In this document: positions 29,942-41,218 of the stretch, piece by piece
How the letters are laid out: every line of letters begins with the position of its first letter
Numbering within the stretch: the stretch's first letter is position 1
Source: Saprospiraceae bacterium
GTDB lineage: Bacteria > Bacteroidota > Bacteroidia > Chitinophagales > Saprospiraceae
Reading direction: 5' to 3'
DNA: 64,000 bases
Assembly: GCA_016719855.1 (NCBI GenBank)
Contig: JADJYH010000014.1
Location: forward strand, 45,949 to 109,948
The notes under the pieces: generated by a model
What the model saw: only the letters and a program-made list of their open reading frames with translations
Database searches by the model: none
What the model was told of the DNA's origin: nothing
Position numbers and translations under genes: made by a program

Positions 29942-31045
29942 TTAATCTCCAAACTGAAAATACACCGTTATTCTTGGCACGATGTCGCTGATGCGCTTGG
30001 TGACGGTTTGGTTCTTGCGCTCGTACTGGTTGATGATGACATTGGGCATAAAATGGATTTTTTCTTTCATTTTGTAGTGTAGTCCCACCCAATAGGAATG
30101 CTCGTTGTAATGCTGCGATGGGCCGGCATAGGTGCCCTCCGCATCATATTTGGTGGCGGGGTTGTAAAAGTCGTAACGGATAAAGCTGCGCCAGTTTTCA
30201 CCCAAAAAACCGAGTTTGTTGGAAAGGAAAAATGAGACGGACAACGGATTCACCGCTTGTAATTTACCGGAGACTTCTTCGTCCAAATATGCTTGCGACA
30301 CCTCGGCGCCAAAAGTCCAAATCGGCTTTTCCACCGAAATAAAAGTCCGCACCAGTGCTTGCTGGGATTCCGGTGCCTTGCGGGCATAATCGCCCAAAAG
30401 CTCTACGGTCAACTGGTTGTTCCAGAATTTTTTGTACAACGAGGCATAATATTCCAAGTATTTGTCAACCCCGGGTTTGTTGCCCGTGCCGTTGCCGACC
30501 ATCAAGCTAAACCCCGCTGTTTTTTGTTGGTTGAAGTCCCCGGAGAAGGAAAGGCCCTGGTCAATGACCTTGCCGAGACCCCGCAGGTCGAGCGCATCTT
30601 TTTCTACCGAACGATAGCCCCAGGTTTTTTCTGGCAAGGCAAAAATGGGGGTGGGGATAAGTCCGACCCTTGCCCTGGAATTAGGGATTGCGGGCACCAG
30701 TTCGCTCCATTCAAGCTGCCCGTGAATGACCGCCAGGCCGAGCCGGCCCTCCTTGGTGGTGGTGGCCGCTTTGCTTTCCACCAAGACCTTGGCCTTGATG
30801 TTTTCCGTGATTTTGTAGTCATAACCGATGAACAAGCGCCGCAGGTTGGAACCAATGGTTTTTTCCTCCAGCCCGGCATATTCGGTATTGCCCCAAAACA
30901 ACGTATCGCCTTGCGCCTTGTAAATCAAGTCGCCAAAGGAATAGCCCCAAATTCGGTTCTTTTGCTCGGTGTTTTGGGCGTAGGATTCGATGCTGAAACA
31001 GCAGTAGAGCAGTATAAATGCAGCGACCCAAATGGAGTTTTTCAT
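29942..31045 (-). CDS. putative outer-membrane porin-like beta-barrel protein
   Basis: Start MKNSIWVAAFILLYCCFSIESYAQ at 31045 inside ORF 29942-31111. Alternating beta-strand pattern and aromatic-rich C-terminus (PRITVYFQFGD). Confidence 0.55.
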   Translation of the reverse strand: MKNSIWVAAFILLYCCFSIESYAQNTEQKNRIWGYSFGDLIYKAQGDTLFWGNTEYAGLEEKTIGSNLRRLFIGYDYKITENIKAKVLVESKAATTTKEGRLGLAVIHGQLEWSELVPAIPNSRARVGLIPTPIFALPEKTWGYRSVEKDALDLRGLGKVIDQGLSFSGDFNQQKTAGFSLMVGNGTGNKPGVDKYLEYYASLYKKFWNNQLTVELLGDYARKAPESQQALVRTFISVEKPIWTFGAEVSQAYLDEEVSGKLQAVNPLSVSFFLSNKLGFLGENWRSFIRYDFYNPATKYDAEGTYAGPSQHYNEHSYWVGLHYKMKEKIHFMPNVIINQYERKNQTVTKRISDIVPRITVYFQFGD

Positions 31046-31269
31046 TTTTGAAAGCTTGAGGTGTTGATGTTGGTCATGTTCAGCCATGGGAAGGATGTCT
31101 AATCTTGGCAACGAAGGTATCGGATGCTCGCCTGTTGCTCAACAACCACGATGGCCTGTGAAGATGATTTTGTCATGGCGATGTAGCGATAGGATAGCTC
31201 AAAGGAATCTTATCGGTTGGTCGAATAGCCGAGGTGCCTTTTCTCCTCTCACCTGACTGCCCCTCCCCC

Positions 31270-32399
<1,130 letters not shown>

Positions 32400-32576
32400 G
32401 CAACGAGGGGTCGAGGCAAGGAAACGAGGACGCGGACGGCGAAGCGAGGCAAGGGGTGTGGAGCAGTGTTTGCGTGGTTTATTTCAGCCAGGTACTGGAC
32501 TGTGCCGGGGAAGAAATGCGGATTTTCCGGGAGGGCGAGGTAACCGCCGTTCGGTGAAGAATGGTCTACTGATGAA

Positions 32577-33100
32577 CTACGGTAGCAGCTTGAACGAATC
32601 AAAAAACTTCGTGCCTTCGACGTTGAGACTTTTTTCCTTCCAAGAAATGGTTTGAAGTGCGTAATAGCGGCTGCCCACGAGGTAAGCCCGATTTTTGACC
32701 ACGGCTTTGCCGCCGAGGTAATCAATCCGCCATTGCTTGCCGGGGTGCGTATCAATTGAATATCAGCGGAATAGGCAACTTCGCCCTTCATCGTTTCGGC
32801 GGCGGCTTCGATGGTCGTTTTGAAAAACTCCTCCGCCAAGCCCGTCGAATCGGCGAAGACCACGCTGGGCGGGTAGTCGCAGTAGCCTGACCATATAGAA
32901 CAGGTTCTCCGCTGTCGAGTCGGCTGTCTGGAGGAAAAAGTGTGGTAAACGAGGTCGCCGACGTCCGTTTTCACGGAGTCCGTTTTTTCGGTGAAACTAC
33001 CGGGCAGCATGATTCGGAAGTGACCTTCCGGGCTGATATATTCCTGCCAGGCATTTTGGGCAAAAAGCACCGTTGAAAGCAAAAACAAGATGGAACTCAT
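32577..33100 (-). pseudogene. hypothetical secreted protein, about three frameshifts as given
   Basis: Signal peptide MSSILFLLSTVLFAQ. Frame-hopping gives ...VYHTFFLQTADSTAENLFYMVSYCDYPPS...IQLIRTPGKQWRIDYLGGKAVVKNRAYLVGSRYYALQTISWKEKSLNVEGTKFFDSFKLLP-stop (stop at 32577-32579). Confidence 0.5.
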
Positions 33101-33163
33101 GCTGGTATTGAATTGATGGAACGGATTAGAGAGGTGACGAAGTGAGAAAAGGTTGTTTCAAGC

Positions 33164-36100
33164 TCAACGCTGCACCAATATTTTACCCTCAAAAACAATC
33201 CCACCAGAGCTCAAAGCCACCACTTGATAGATGCCCGGCGGCTGATGTTGGAGGTCTAAACGGAGGCGGTCGCCCTGCAACGGCACTGTGTTTTCCTCTA
33301 AAACAAGCTGCCCAATTTGGTTGAAAACCCGAAGGTCAGCGGCCTGACCAGCCAACGTCGAGCACTGCAAATTCACTGGCCCAGCCGTCGGGTTCGGGAA
33401 TAGCCCACACGATACAACCCGCTGATTGTCAACAGCTTCAGAAGTAAAATCCACAAAACCCAATCCGAAATCTCGCAACCATTGGCATCCACGGCTGTCA
33501 CGCCATACTGGCCCATTGGCATATCGGTGATGGTTTCACCTATCAAGCCATTGCTCCAAAAATACTCAAACGGAGGCGTGCCACCCGAAGCATTGGCAGT
33601 GGCCGTACCGTTGGGCGGCACCAACTGCGTCTGGTTGGTGGCACTCACGCTGAGTTGAAGTGGCGGCGGCGAGCCGAGGCTAAATTGGGCGGTGAACGGG
33701 CAGCCCATGCTGTCAAAAACCATGAGCGTATAGTTCCCGGCAGGAGCATCGGCCAAGTTTTGCATTCCAGAAATGGCGTTCCAATTGAAAACATAGCCGG
33801 GCGTACCACCCGAAATGGCAATGTCAATGAAGCCATCGCTGCCGCCGAAGCAGGTCACCCCAGCGGAGTCGAGCACCGTCACCAAGATTGGGGCATCAGG
33901 GCCGCTTACTACGTAGGTATCCGTTTGCTCACACCCGTTGTCGTCGGTGACTGTAACAGAATAAACGCCCGCCGTCAGGTTCATTATTCCCTGCTCGACG
34001 GCCATGTTGCTCCAAAGAAAATGGTACGGAAGGTCGCCTCCTTGCGGTAAGGCGAAGATGCTGCCGGTCATGTCGCCAAAACAAGCGACATCCTGCACGA
34101 GCGCCGAATTGAGCACAAACTGGGTCATTGGTTCGAGCAACAAGGTGGAGGCTTGCCCCGTGCAGCCAAGCTGGTCGGTCACCGTGACAAAGTATGCTCC
34201 AGCAACCAACCCGCTGATATTTTGGGCGTTGAAAATGGAATCACCCGCCGCATTTTCCCAATAAAAACTGTACGGCACCAGGCCGCCGCTCACCTGGAGT
34301 GGAATGGCGCCATCAGCGCCACCCTTGCAGCGGATGTGCATTACTTGGTTGCCTGCGATGGTTGGGTTTACGGCACCAAAAGTCGAAATGGGCAATTGGG
34401 TCGAAACGGCGGTGCAGCCCGTGTTGTCGGTGATGGTGACGCTGTACTGTCCTACCGGAAGGTTTTCGTTCAGCAGGGTTTGGCCGCTGGCCAGTCCGTG
34501 CAGGCTATTGCTCCAGTTGTACTGGTAGGGGGCTACGCCGCCTTGGATGAGCACACTGAGTTGTCCGGTTGAAGCTCCGAAGCAAATGACTTCGTTCCCA
34601 GTGGGCACCTGCTGAACGGTGACCGAGGTGTACTCAGGTGGCACTTTCACGGACATGAATTCGATGGTGCAACCGGCGTTGTCCGTGATTGTCACGTGGT
34701 AGTCGCCAGGGAGCGGGTTGATGAGGCAGTTGGTGGAGTCGCCAGTGTCCCAAGCGAATTGGAAGGGCGCTACCCCGCCGTTGACGCTGACACAGACGTT
34801 ATCAATCTGTACGGATTGGCAATTGCCACTTGGCAGACCAAGGCTGGAACTCGGTTCAAGCCGCTCTGGGGCATCCACAAAAATGCCTTCCAAAGTGACG
34901 GTGCAATTGTTGTCGTCAGTGATGGTTACGCTGTAATTTCCTTCGGAAAGACCTGCCACGTCCTCGCTGAATGCACCATTTGACCACTGAAAATGGTAGG
35001 GCAAGGTGCCGCCCGTGGTGCTGATTTCAACCGTGCCCTCGTTGCCGTTATAGCAGGCGATGTCTTCGACATCATCCAAAGAAACCAACAACGGCAAGGG
35101 TTCCAGCAATGGGATGATGTCAAGTGCGTTGACACAACCCGTAGCGTCGGTGACGGTGGCCGCATGGTTTTGCGCCGGCAAATTTGAGGCGACAAGGCCC
35201 GTTTGTCCATCGCTCCAAACTACTTGGTAGGGTTCCGTGCCACCAGCTACCGTGATGGCCAGTTGCCCGGTCTGCCCGTAGCAGAGCGGCGGAAATGCCT
35301 GGAATCCCAGTGTGAGCACCTGCACCGAGTCTATCGTGGTGGAATGGATACTCTCGCAACCATTGGCGTCCGTGATGGTCACGGTGTAATCGCCGAAGGA
35401 AAGCCCGCAAAGTTGCGACCCGGAATTATCGGTGCTCCAATCGAAGGAAAACGGCGGCTGCCCGCCACTTGCCACAAAAGCTGTCAAGCAGTTCTCATCC
35501 CGACCGATGCAAAATGGGGCCGCTTGGGCGATTCCCGCTGTCAGCGACTCTGGCGAGGAAATTGGACCAAATGCGGAGGTCGCCACGCAGCCAAAACCGT
35601 CAGTAACCGTGACCGAGTAGCTTCCGTTGCCGATGCCCGTGAGGTTTTGCGAAGCAGAACCATTGCTCCAATCAAATAGGTAGTTGCCATCTCCGCCCAC
35701 CACGTTGATGTCAATGCTGCCGTTCATCTGGCCAGCACAGTCAGGCGGATGAATATCGGTGGGCGTAATGGCGATGGGCTGCGGCTGGGCAGGTTGACGG
35801 TTTGGTTGAAGAAGCAGTTGTTCTGGTCTCTAACGTGAACGGTATAGCTGCCTGCGGCAATATTTGACAGCGATGCCCCCGACCCGCCATTGCTCCAGGT
35901 ATAAACGTAGGGCGGCACTCCCCCACCCACAGTGATGCTGATGCTGCCATCATTTTTCCCAAAACAAGTGGGCTGCTGGAAACCCAGCGAAGCCAGCGAA
36001 ATTTGCGTCGGTTGCACGACGGGTATTTGAGACAGCACCACCGTGCAGCCGTTGTCATCCGTCACGGTGAGGTCGTAAAACCCAGCGGTGAGGCCTGAGA

Positions 36101-39100
36101 TGGAAGGCAACGTGGAATTGGTGCTCCATTGGTAACTCATGGGCGGCGTTCCGCCGAAAATGGTCAGCCCAATTTCCCCATCACTTCCCCCAAAACAACG
36201 GACGTGCCTTGTCTCCGGCTTCACTAGCATGGCCTCCGGCTGACCGACTGGAATCGTGATGATGTTTTGACAACTGCCCTCTGTGACGGTGGCCGTGTAT
36301 TCGGCGGCGGCAAGGCCGCAAATGCTCGCACCACTCATGCCGTTGCTCCAAGCTACGGTTGTATTTGGCCCACCGATGATGTCAAGCGTGATGCAGCCGT
36401 CGCTGCCACCGTGGCAGCTCACGGGCTGAACTTCGTCCACTTCCACGCTGGCAGCAGGCCCGTTCACCACCACCACTGGCACCACCACCCGGCACTGTTC
36501 TGGAGAACCGTCAGTCACCGTGAAGGCGTAGGAACCTTGTGCCAAACCTGTCAGCATCAAACCGCCCTGCTGGCTTGGGATTGGGGCCCCCGCCCATTCG
36601 TAAGTGAACGGCGGCGTGCCGTCCAGCGGCGTCAGGTTGATACCACCGTCGCTGCCGTTACAGGTAGTTACTGGGCTACTGGAGGTGATAATTTGGCTGA
36701 TGTTGATGATGGTAGTCACGGCCAGGGTGTCGGCACTAGAGCAGCCGTTGGCATCGCTGATGGTCACGGCGTACGTGTTCACCGTGCCAAGGATGTTATC
36801 ACTGAAAATGGAAATCGTATCCGTCGTTTGCCCCGTGTTCCAACTGTATTGGAGCGGCGACGTGCCGTCTCCGATGTTTTGCACGGAAATCTGCTTGGCA
36901 GAATTGCGGCAGAGCGTCGGGACATCGGGAATATGGGCGATGGGGCCGAGCTGCAATGTGTAGGCCACGGTCAACGTGTCACGGCAGCCGTTGATTGCTT
37001 CCGACACGATGTAGTAATTGGTGGTGACCGTTGGTGTCACTAATGGGCCGACTTCATCGCCGGGCATGAATGGTAATTCGTCGTAATAAAAAAGGCTTCC
37101 ATTCAGGCCGTTTTCGTCCGTTACGTTGATGGTGTTTAGGTCAAATGTTTGGCCAGCGCAGTTGCCGGGCGTGTCGGTGGTAACGAGTTTTGGGCTAGGT
37201 AAAATGGTGATGGTAGCGGCTGTTCGCTCATTGGATATGCAGCCCGCCACCGTGTTTTCCTCGGCGTAAAAAACCAACTCCAAGGTATCAAGGCTGTTGT
37301 TGACCAGCAAGGCAGGGCTTGGGAACAGCGTATCACCTACACCAACCGAGCTTCCACCAGTTGGCGTTTCGTACCAGTTTATTTCCCCAAAATTGACGGG
37401 TTGCGCAGCAACAAAACCCATTGCGCCGCTACAAATCACGCTGCTCACCGTGGAGACGGGTGTCACGAAATATTCGTCGTCAAAGCCATTGCAGTTGGAA
37501 TCAAAGTCATCGCAGAGGATTTCCATTTCGCCGGAGTTTTGGAAAAATTCCTGGTCGTTGCAGTCGTCGCCATTTAACACGTAGCCGGGGAAGGAGGCGG
37601 GTTGACAGGAAGCGATGAAGAGGTCGGGATTCCCGTAACCGTCGCTGTCGGCATCGAGGTAGTACACGTAATCGGGGAATCCGAGGTCAACGGAACCGTA
37701 GAAGGCCACGTTGTCGAGGGCGAGGTCGGCAAACTTGCCGTTGCCACCCCTTCCACCAAACCTGAATTGCACCGTCATGCCATCGTAGGCATCGAGGTCA
37801 ATGAACTTTCGACGCCATTTGTTGCCTTTGTTGCCGGAGACGTTCCAGAGCGTCGTCCACGTCGTGCCACCGTTCACGCTCAATTCCAATGACATGCCGC
37901 CGATATGAACCCCAAAAAAATGGTAGTCGAACGAAAGGTCGCAGGTGTCGGCATTGGCCACTACTTGAATGCAGTTGGAGATTAGCACCGCCCGCTTGCC
38001 ATTGGTGCAGGCGTTGCCGGAGGCTTCCAAATACACGTAGTTGCCGCCGCCGGGATTGTCGCCGTTGGGGCCGGTATTTTCGGTGATGGTGGTGTCGGTG
38101 TTTACCAACCAATCAAAATTGTCGTTGGAAGCGTTTCGCCAAGTGCCAACGATGGGGCAGGTAACGCCGCACGACTGCACGCAAAGCGCTTGGCTGTTGA
38201 AGTTCTCGACGATGGTGGCGGGAGGCGGAGAGCAAGAGGTGGTGACAATCACCGGGCAGGAGTTGATGGAATAGACGCCGGGGCCACAGTTTTCCCTCAA
38301 ATAAACTTCGTAAGTGGAATTTGGGGCAAGTCCAGAGAGCAGGTACATTGGGCAACTGCCAGTGCTGACCGTGCCACCAACACCGGGCTGACCATCCGTT
38401 CCGGGCACGAACCCGATTGGACCAAATTCAAAAACCACATCGCTGCAAGTGGAGCCTTTTACCCAAGCCAATTTAGCCGAAGTCGAATCGGAATCCAAGA
38501 CCGTCACTTGCGTAGGTGGCAGGCAAGCTGTGCTTTCAAAGACCAATTCCACGAACTCCAAGTGCCCCAAGTTGCCAGCACCATCGTCGCAAACCATCAG
38601 TGTCCAAAGGCCGAGCGGCGAACTGCCGTCGTTGAAGTCGCTGAAATTGCCCTCTGGCAAATAAGCGCCGATGAACGGAGCAGCGCCGTCCATCACATTG
38701 ATGAGATTACAAGCACCCACAGAAGTGTGGGCACGAAACGCAGTGTATTCCCCGCAAGTACCATCGTTGGGATTGCCGTAGTGGTCGAAGGTGTCGCCAT
38801 TGTCGGTCGTGACTTCCACCATAACGCCAGCGGGTGATTTTAGGTAAATATCGAGGTCAGCGGCCCATTCGTGGCTGATAATGAAGCGAAGTTCCTTGAG
38901 GTAAACATCGGTGCCAAGGCTGGTGCCGGGTGCGGTGGTCACGTCCACCTGAAACTCATTGGCTGGTCCGCAGCCTGCCTCCGTAATAAAAAGTCCAAGG
39001 CTGCAAGCAGAAGGGTTGGTCAGTATTGGCGGATTCGTGTCGGCAAAAATGGAGCTAATGCTGGTAAGCAGACATGTCCAAAGGAAAAAAAGACTTCGGG

Positions 39101-39113
39101 TAAAAACGGTCAT
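33164..39113 (-). pseudogene. giant T9SS-secreted adhesin-like protein (P-domain, MAM, metal-binding motif, about 16 SprB-type repeats, Por C-terminal sorting domain), two frameshifts as given
   Basis: ORFs 35724-39113, 33373-35727 and 33164-33478 are contiguous, with breaks near 35783 and 33462. Signal peptide; P-domain-like ISHEWAADLDIYLKSPAG; MAM-like block; repeated C.G..DG.I......GG..PY.Y.WS motifs; CTD NPTAGPVNL...GIYQVVAL. Confidence 0.85.
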
Positions 39114-39465
39114 ATTGGTTGTTCAGCAGTGTAGGTTGTTCAAAAAAATCGCTGTGCCCGGTGTAGTGTGGGAGGTCTTAGGTGTGGTTGGCTGGAAGCA
39201 CTTGAAGCGGGTGCAATTTCTTATCAAATTGCTGGTTCTCAACGATTTGCGCAACACGCACCGCATTGAAAGTTAACTTCGCCTTGTTTCAGAAAAAGAC
39301 TGCTTTTGTTCACCGCAGAAAAAAGCAGGGGTAATATGTCCTGGTGGGATTGCCGTCGCACAGCAGGGACAAAGGTATGAAAAAAAGGTACGCTTTCTTG
39401 ATACCAGTATCTCGGTATTTCTTGGGTCGTAAAAAAATTAGGGCGAGCATGCCATGTATTTCCAC

Positions 39466-39473
39466 TAAATTTG
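39466..39473 (+). promoter_or_regulatory. Bacteroidota-type -7 promoter box (TAAATTTG)
   Basis: Matches TAnnTTTG, 47 nt upstream of the ATG at 39520. Confidence 0.35.
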
Positions 39474-39519
39474 AGCGAATTTTACCGAGTTCTAAACAAC
39501 TCAGCACAACAACAGACCT

Positions 39520-40903
39520 ATGAACAAATCAGTACTTTCTGCCTTCAGCAAATTTGCCGCCTTTGCAATCCTTTTAGTATTTCTGCTTCCCGCTTGCCAA
39601 AATGACGACAACCAAATAACTAAAGAGGAGAATCTTGCCGCCAACGAGGACGCCGCCGTGCCGCTCGCATGGATGAAGCTCTACACCGAACTCGACCGGT
39701 ACGCCCAAGGGTTTCGACCTGGGCCTTGTCCCCGTGCTTTGGCATACATCAACATTGGTGCTTATGAAGCGGCCATGATCAGTATGCCGGAGTACCAATC
39801 GCTGGAAAGCGTGTTCACGGGCCTCGACATGCAAAAAGCCGATTATTCAAAGACCTACCATTGGCCGACGGTGGTAAATTCAGTGTACGCTACCCTTTTC
39901 AAGCATTTCGTTCCCGGCAATATCTTGATGCCAGCGCAGCAAGCTAACCTCCAGTTCCAAGTTTTGACCTTGGAAGAAGACTTCAACGAGACCTTCCGGG
40001 CCAAGGCAGGCAAGGATGTCTTTGAGCGCTCCAAGCAACGAGGCATCGAAGTGGCCGAGGCCATTTGGGAGTGGTCAACTACTGACCCGTTTGGTCACGA
40101 GATATATTTGAATCCCCGGCCAAGCTCCTACGTGCCGCCGCAAGGCCCCGGCCTCTGGCAACCAACAGCACCCGATTACGGGAAAGCCCTTTTCCCATAC
40201 TGGGGGCAGGCCCGCACTTTTGCTATCCAACAAGATGACAAGCTGGCCAAGCCACCCATTGCATTCAGTGAATCCCCCAATTCACTTTTCTTCAACCAAG
40301 CACAGGAAGTTTACCTGACCGTGAACGAGTTGGACTTTGAAAACAAATGGATTGCCCAGTTTTGGAGCGACGATGTGACTGGCATGGCACTAAGCCCGGC
40401 TGCCCGCTGGATTGCCATCACCACCCAAGTGCTGGAAAAAGAAGACGCCAGCCTTGAGCTTGCGCTCTACGCCTACGCCAAGGGTGTCCATCGCCCTGAA
40501 CGATGCAAGTGTGGCTTGCTGGTATTCCAAGTATGTTTACAATGTTGAGCGTCCGGTAAGCTATATTCAGCGAAACATTGACCCAAATTGGCAGGTACAC
40601 TACTTGACCAGTACGCCCAGTTTCCCTGCCTACCCATCTGGCCACTCTTCATTTGGAGGGGCAGCGGCAGAGGTGCTGTCCAATATCTTTGGCTATAATT
40701 ACAGCATGACCGACCACACCCATGAAAACCGTACGGAATTCTTCGGGATGCCCCGCAGCTTCGACAGCTTCTACGAAATGGCAGAGGAAAACGCCTACTC
40801 CCGCATCCCCCTTGGTGTCCACTTCCGCATGGATGCGGACGAAGGCGTACGCATGGGCTACCAAATCGGAAGGGCGGTGAACGGGTTGCCTTTTAAGAAA
40901 TGA
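39520..40903 (+). pseudogene. vanadium-dependent haloperoxidase-like / PAP2 superfamily protein, frameshifted as given
   Basis: ORFs 39520-40548 and 40412-40903. Lipoprotein-like signal (LLPAC). PAP2 motifs YPSGHSSFGGAAAEVL and RIPLGVHFRMDADEG. Removing one G at GGG 40482-40484 restores ...YAYAKVSIALNDASVACWYSKY. Confidence 0.8.
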
Positions 40904-40996
40904 GAAAGGTGAGAAAAGTGAGCGGGTGAGAGAGGTGAGCATGGGAGCTTGAAAATTTGACAAATCATTTGATGGTAAACCCGCTATTTTCGCAGT

Positions 40997-41170
40997 ATGT
41001 CCACACCACAACACCACCAGCCGAACCAGCAGCCAAGCGGCCTTCCGCCATCCAACAAACCTAGCTGGCTGCTCTATGTCATCGGGGCAATCCTCTTATT
41101 GTTCCTCTTGCAAAAAGTAGGTTGCGGCCCCGTGCAGACGCATGAGAAGGTGGATTGGATTGATAGGTAA
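40997..41170 (+). CDS. 57-aa Pro/Gln-rich peptide with one TM helix (speculative small ORF)
   Basis: ATG at 40997 gives MSTPQHHQPNQQPSGLPPSNKPSWLLYVIGAILLLFLLQKVGCGPVQTHEKVDWIDR-stop. Below the ORF-track cutoff, with no other support. Confidence 0.25.
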   Translation: MSTPQHHQPNQQPSGLPPSNKPSWLLYVIGAILLLFLLQKVGCGPVQTHEKVDWIDR

Positions 41171-41218
41171 GGAAGGAAGAGACCGCGCAATAATTAAGGG
41201 GAAATTAAACCGACGAAC

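Noticed and set aside
33373-37100. The repeated SprB-type modules were considered as a diversity-generating retroelement target or variable repeat.
   Set aside because: No reverse transcriptase or template repeat is in the window, and the repeats are divergent protein-domain copies.
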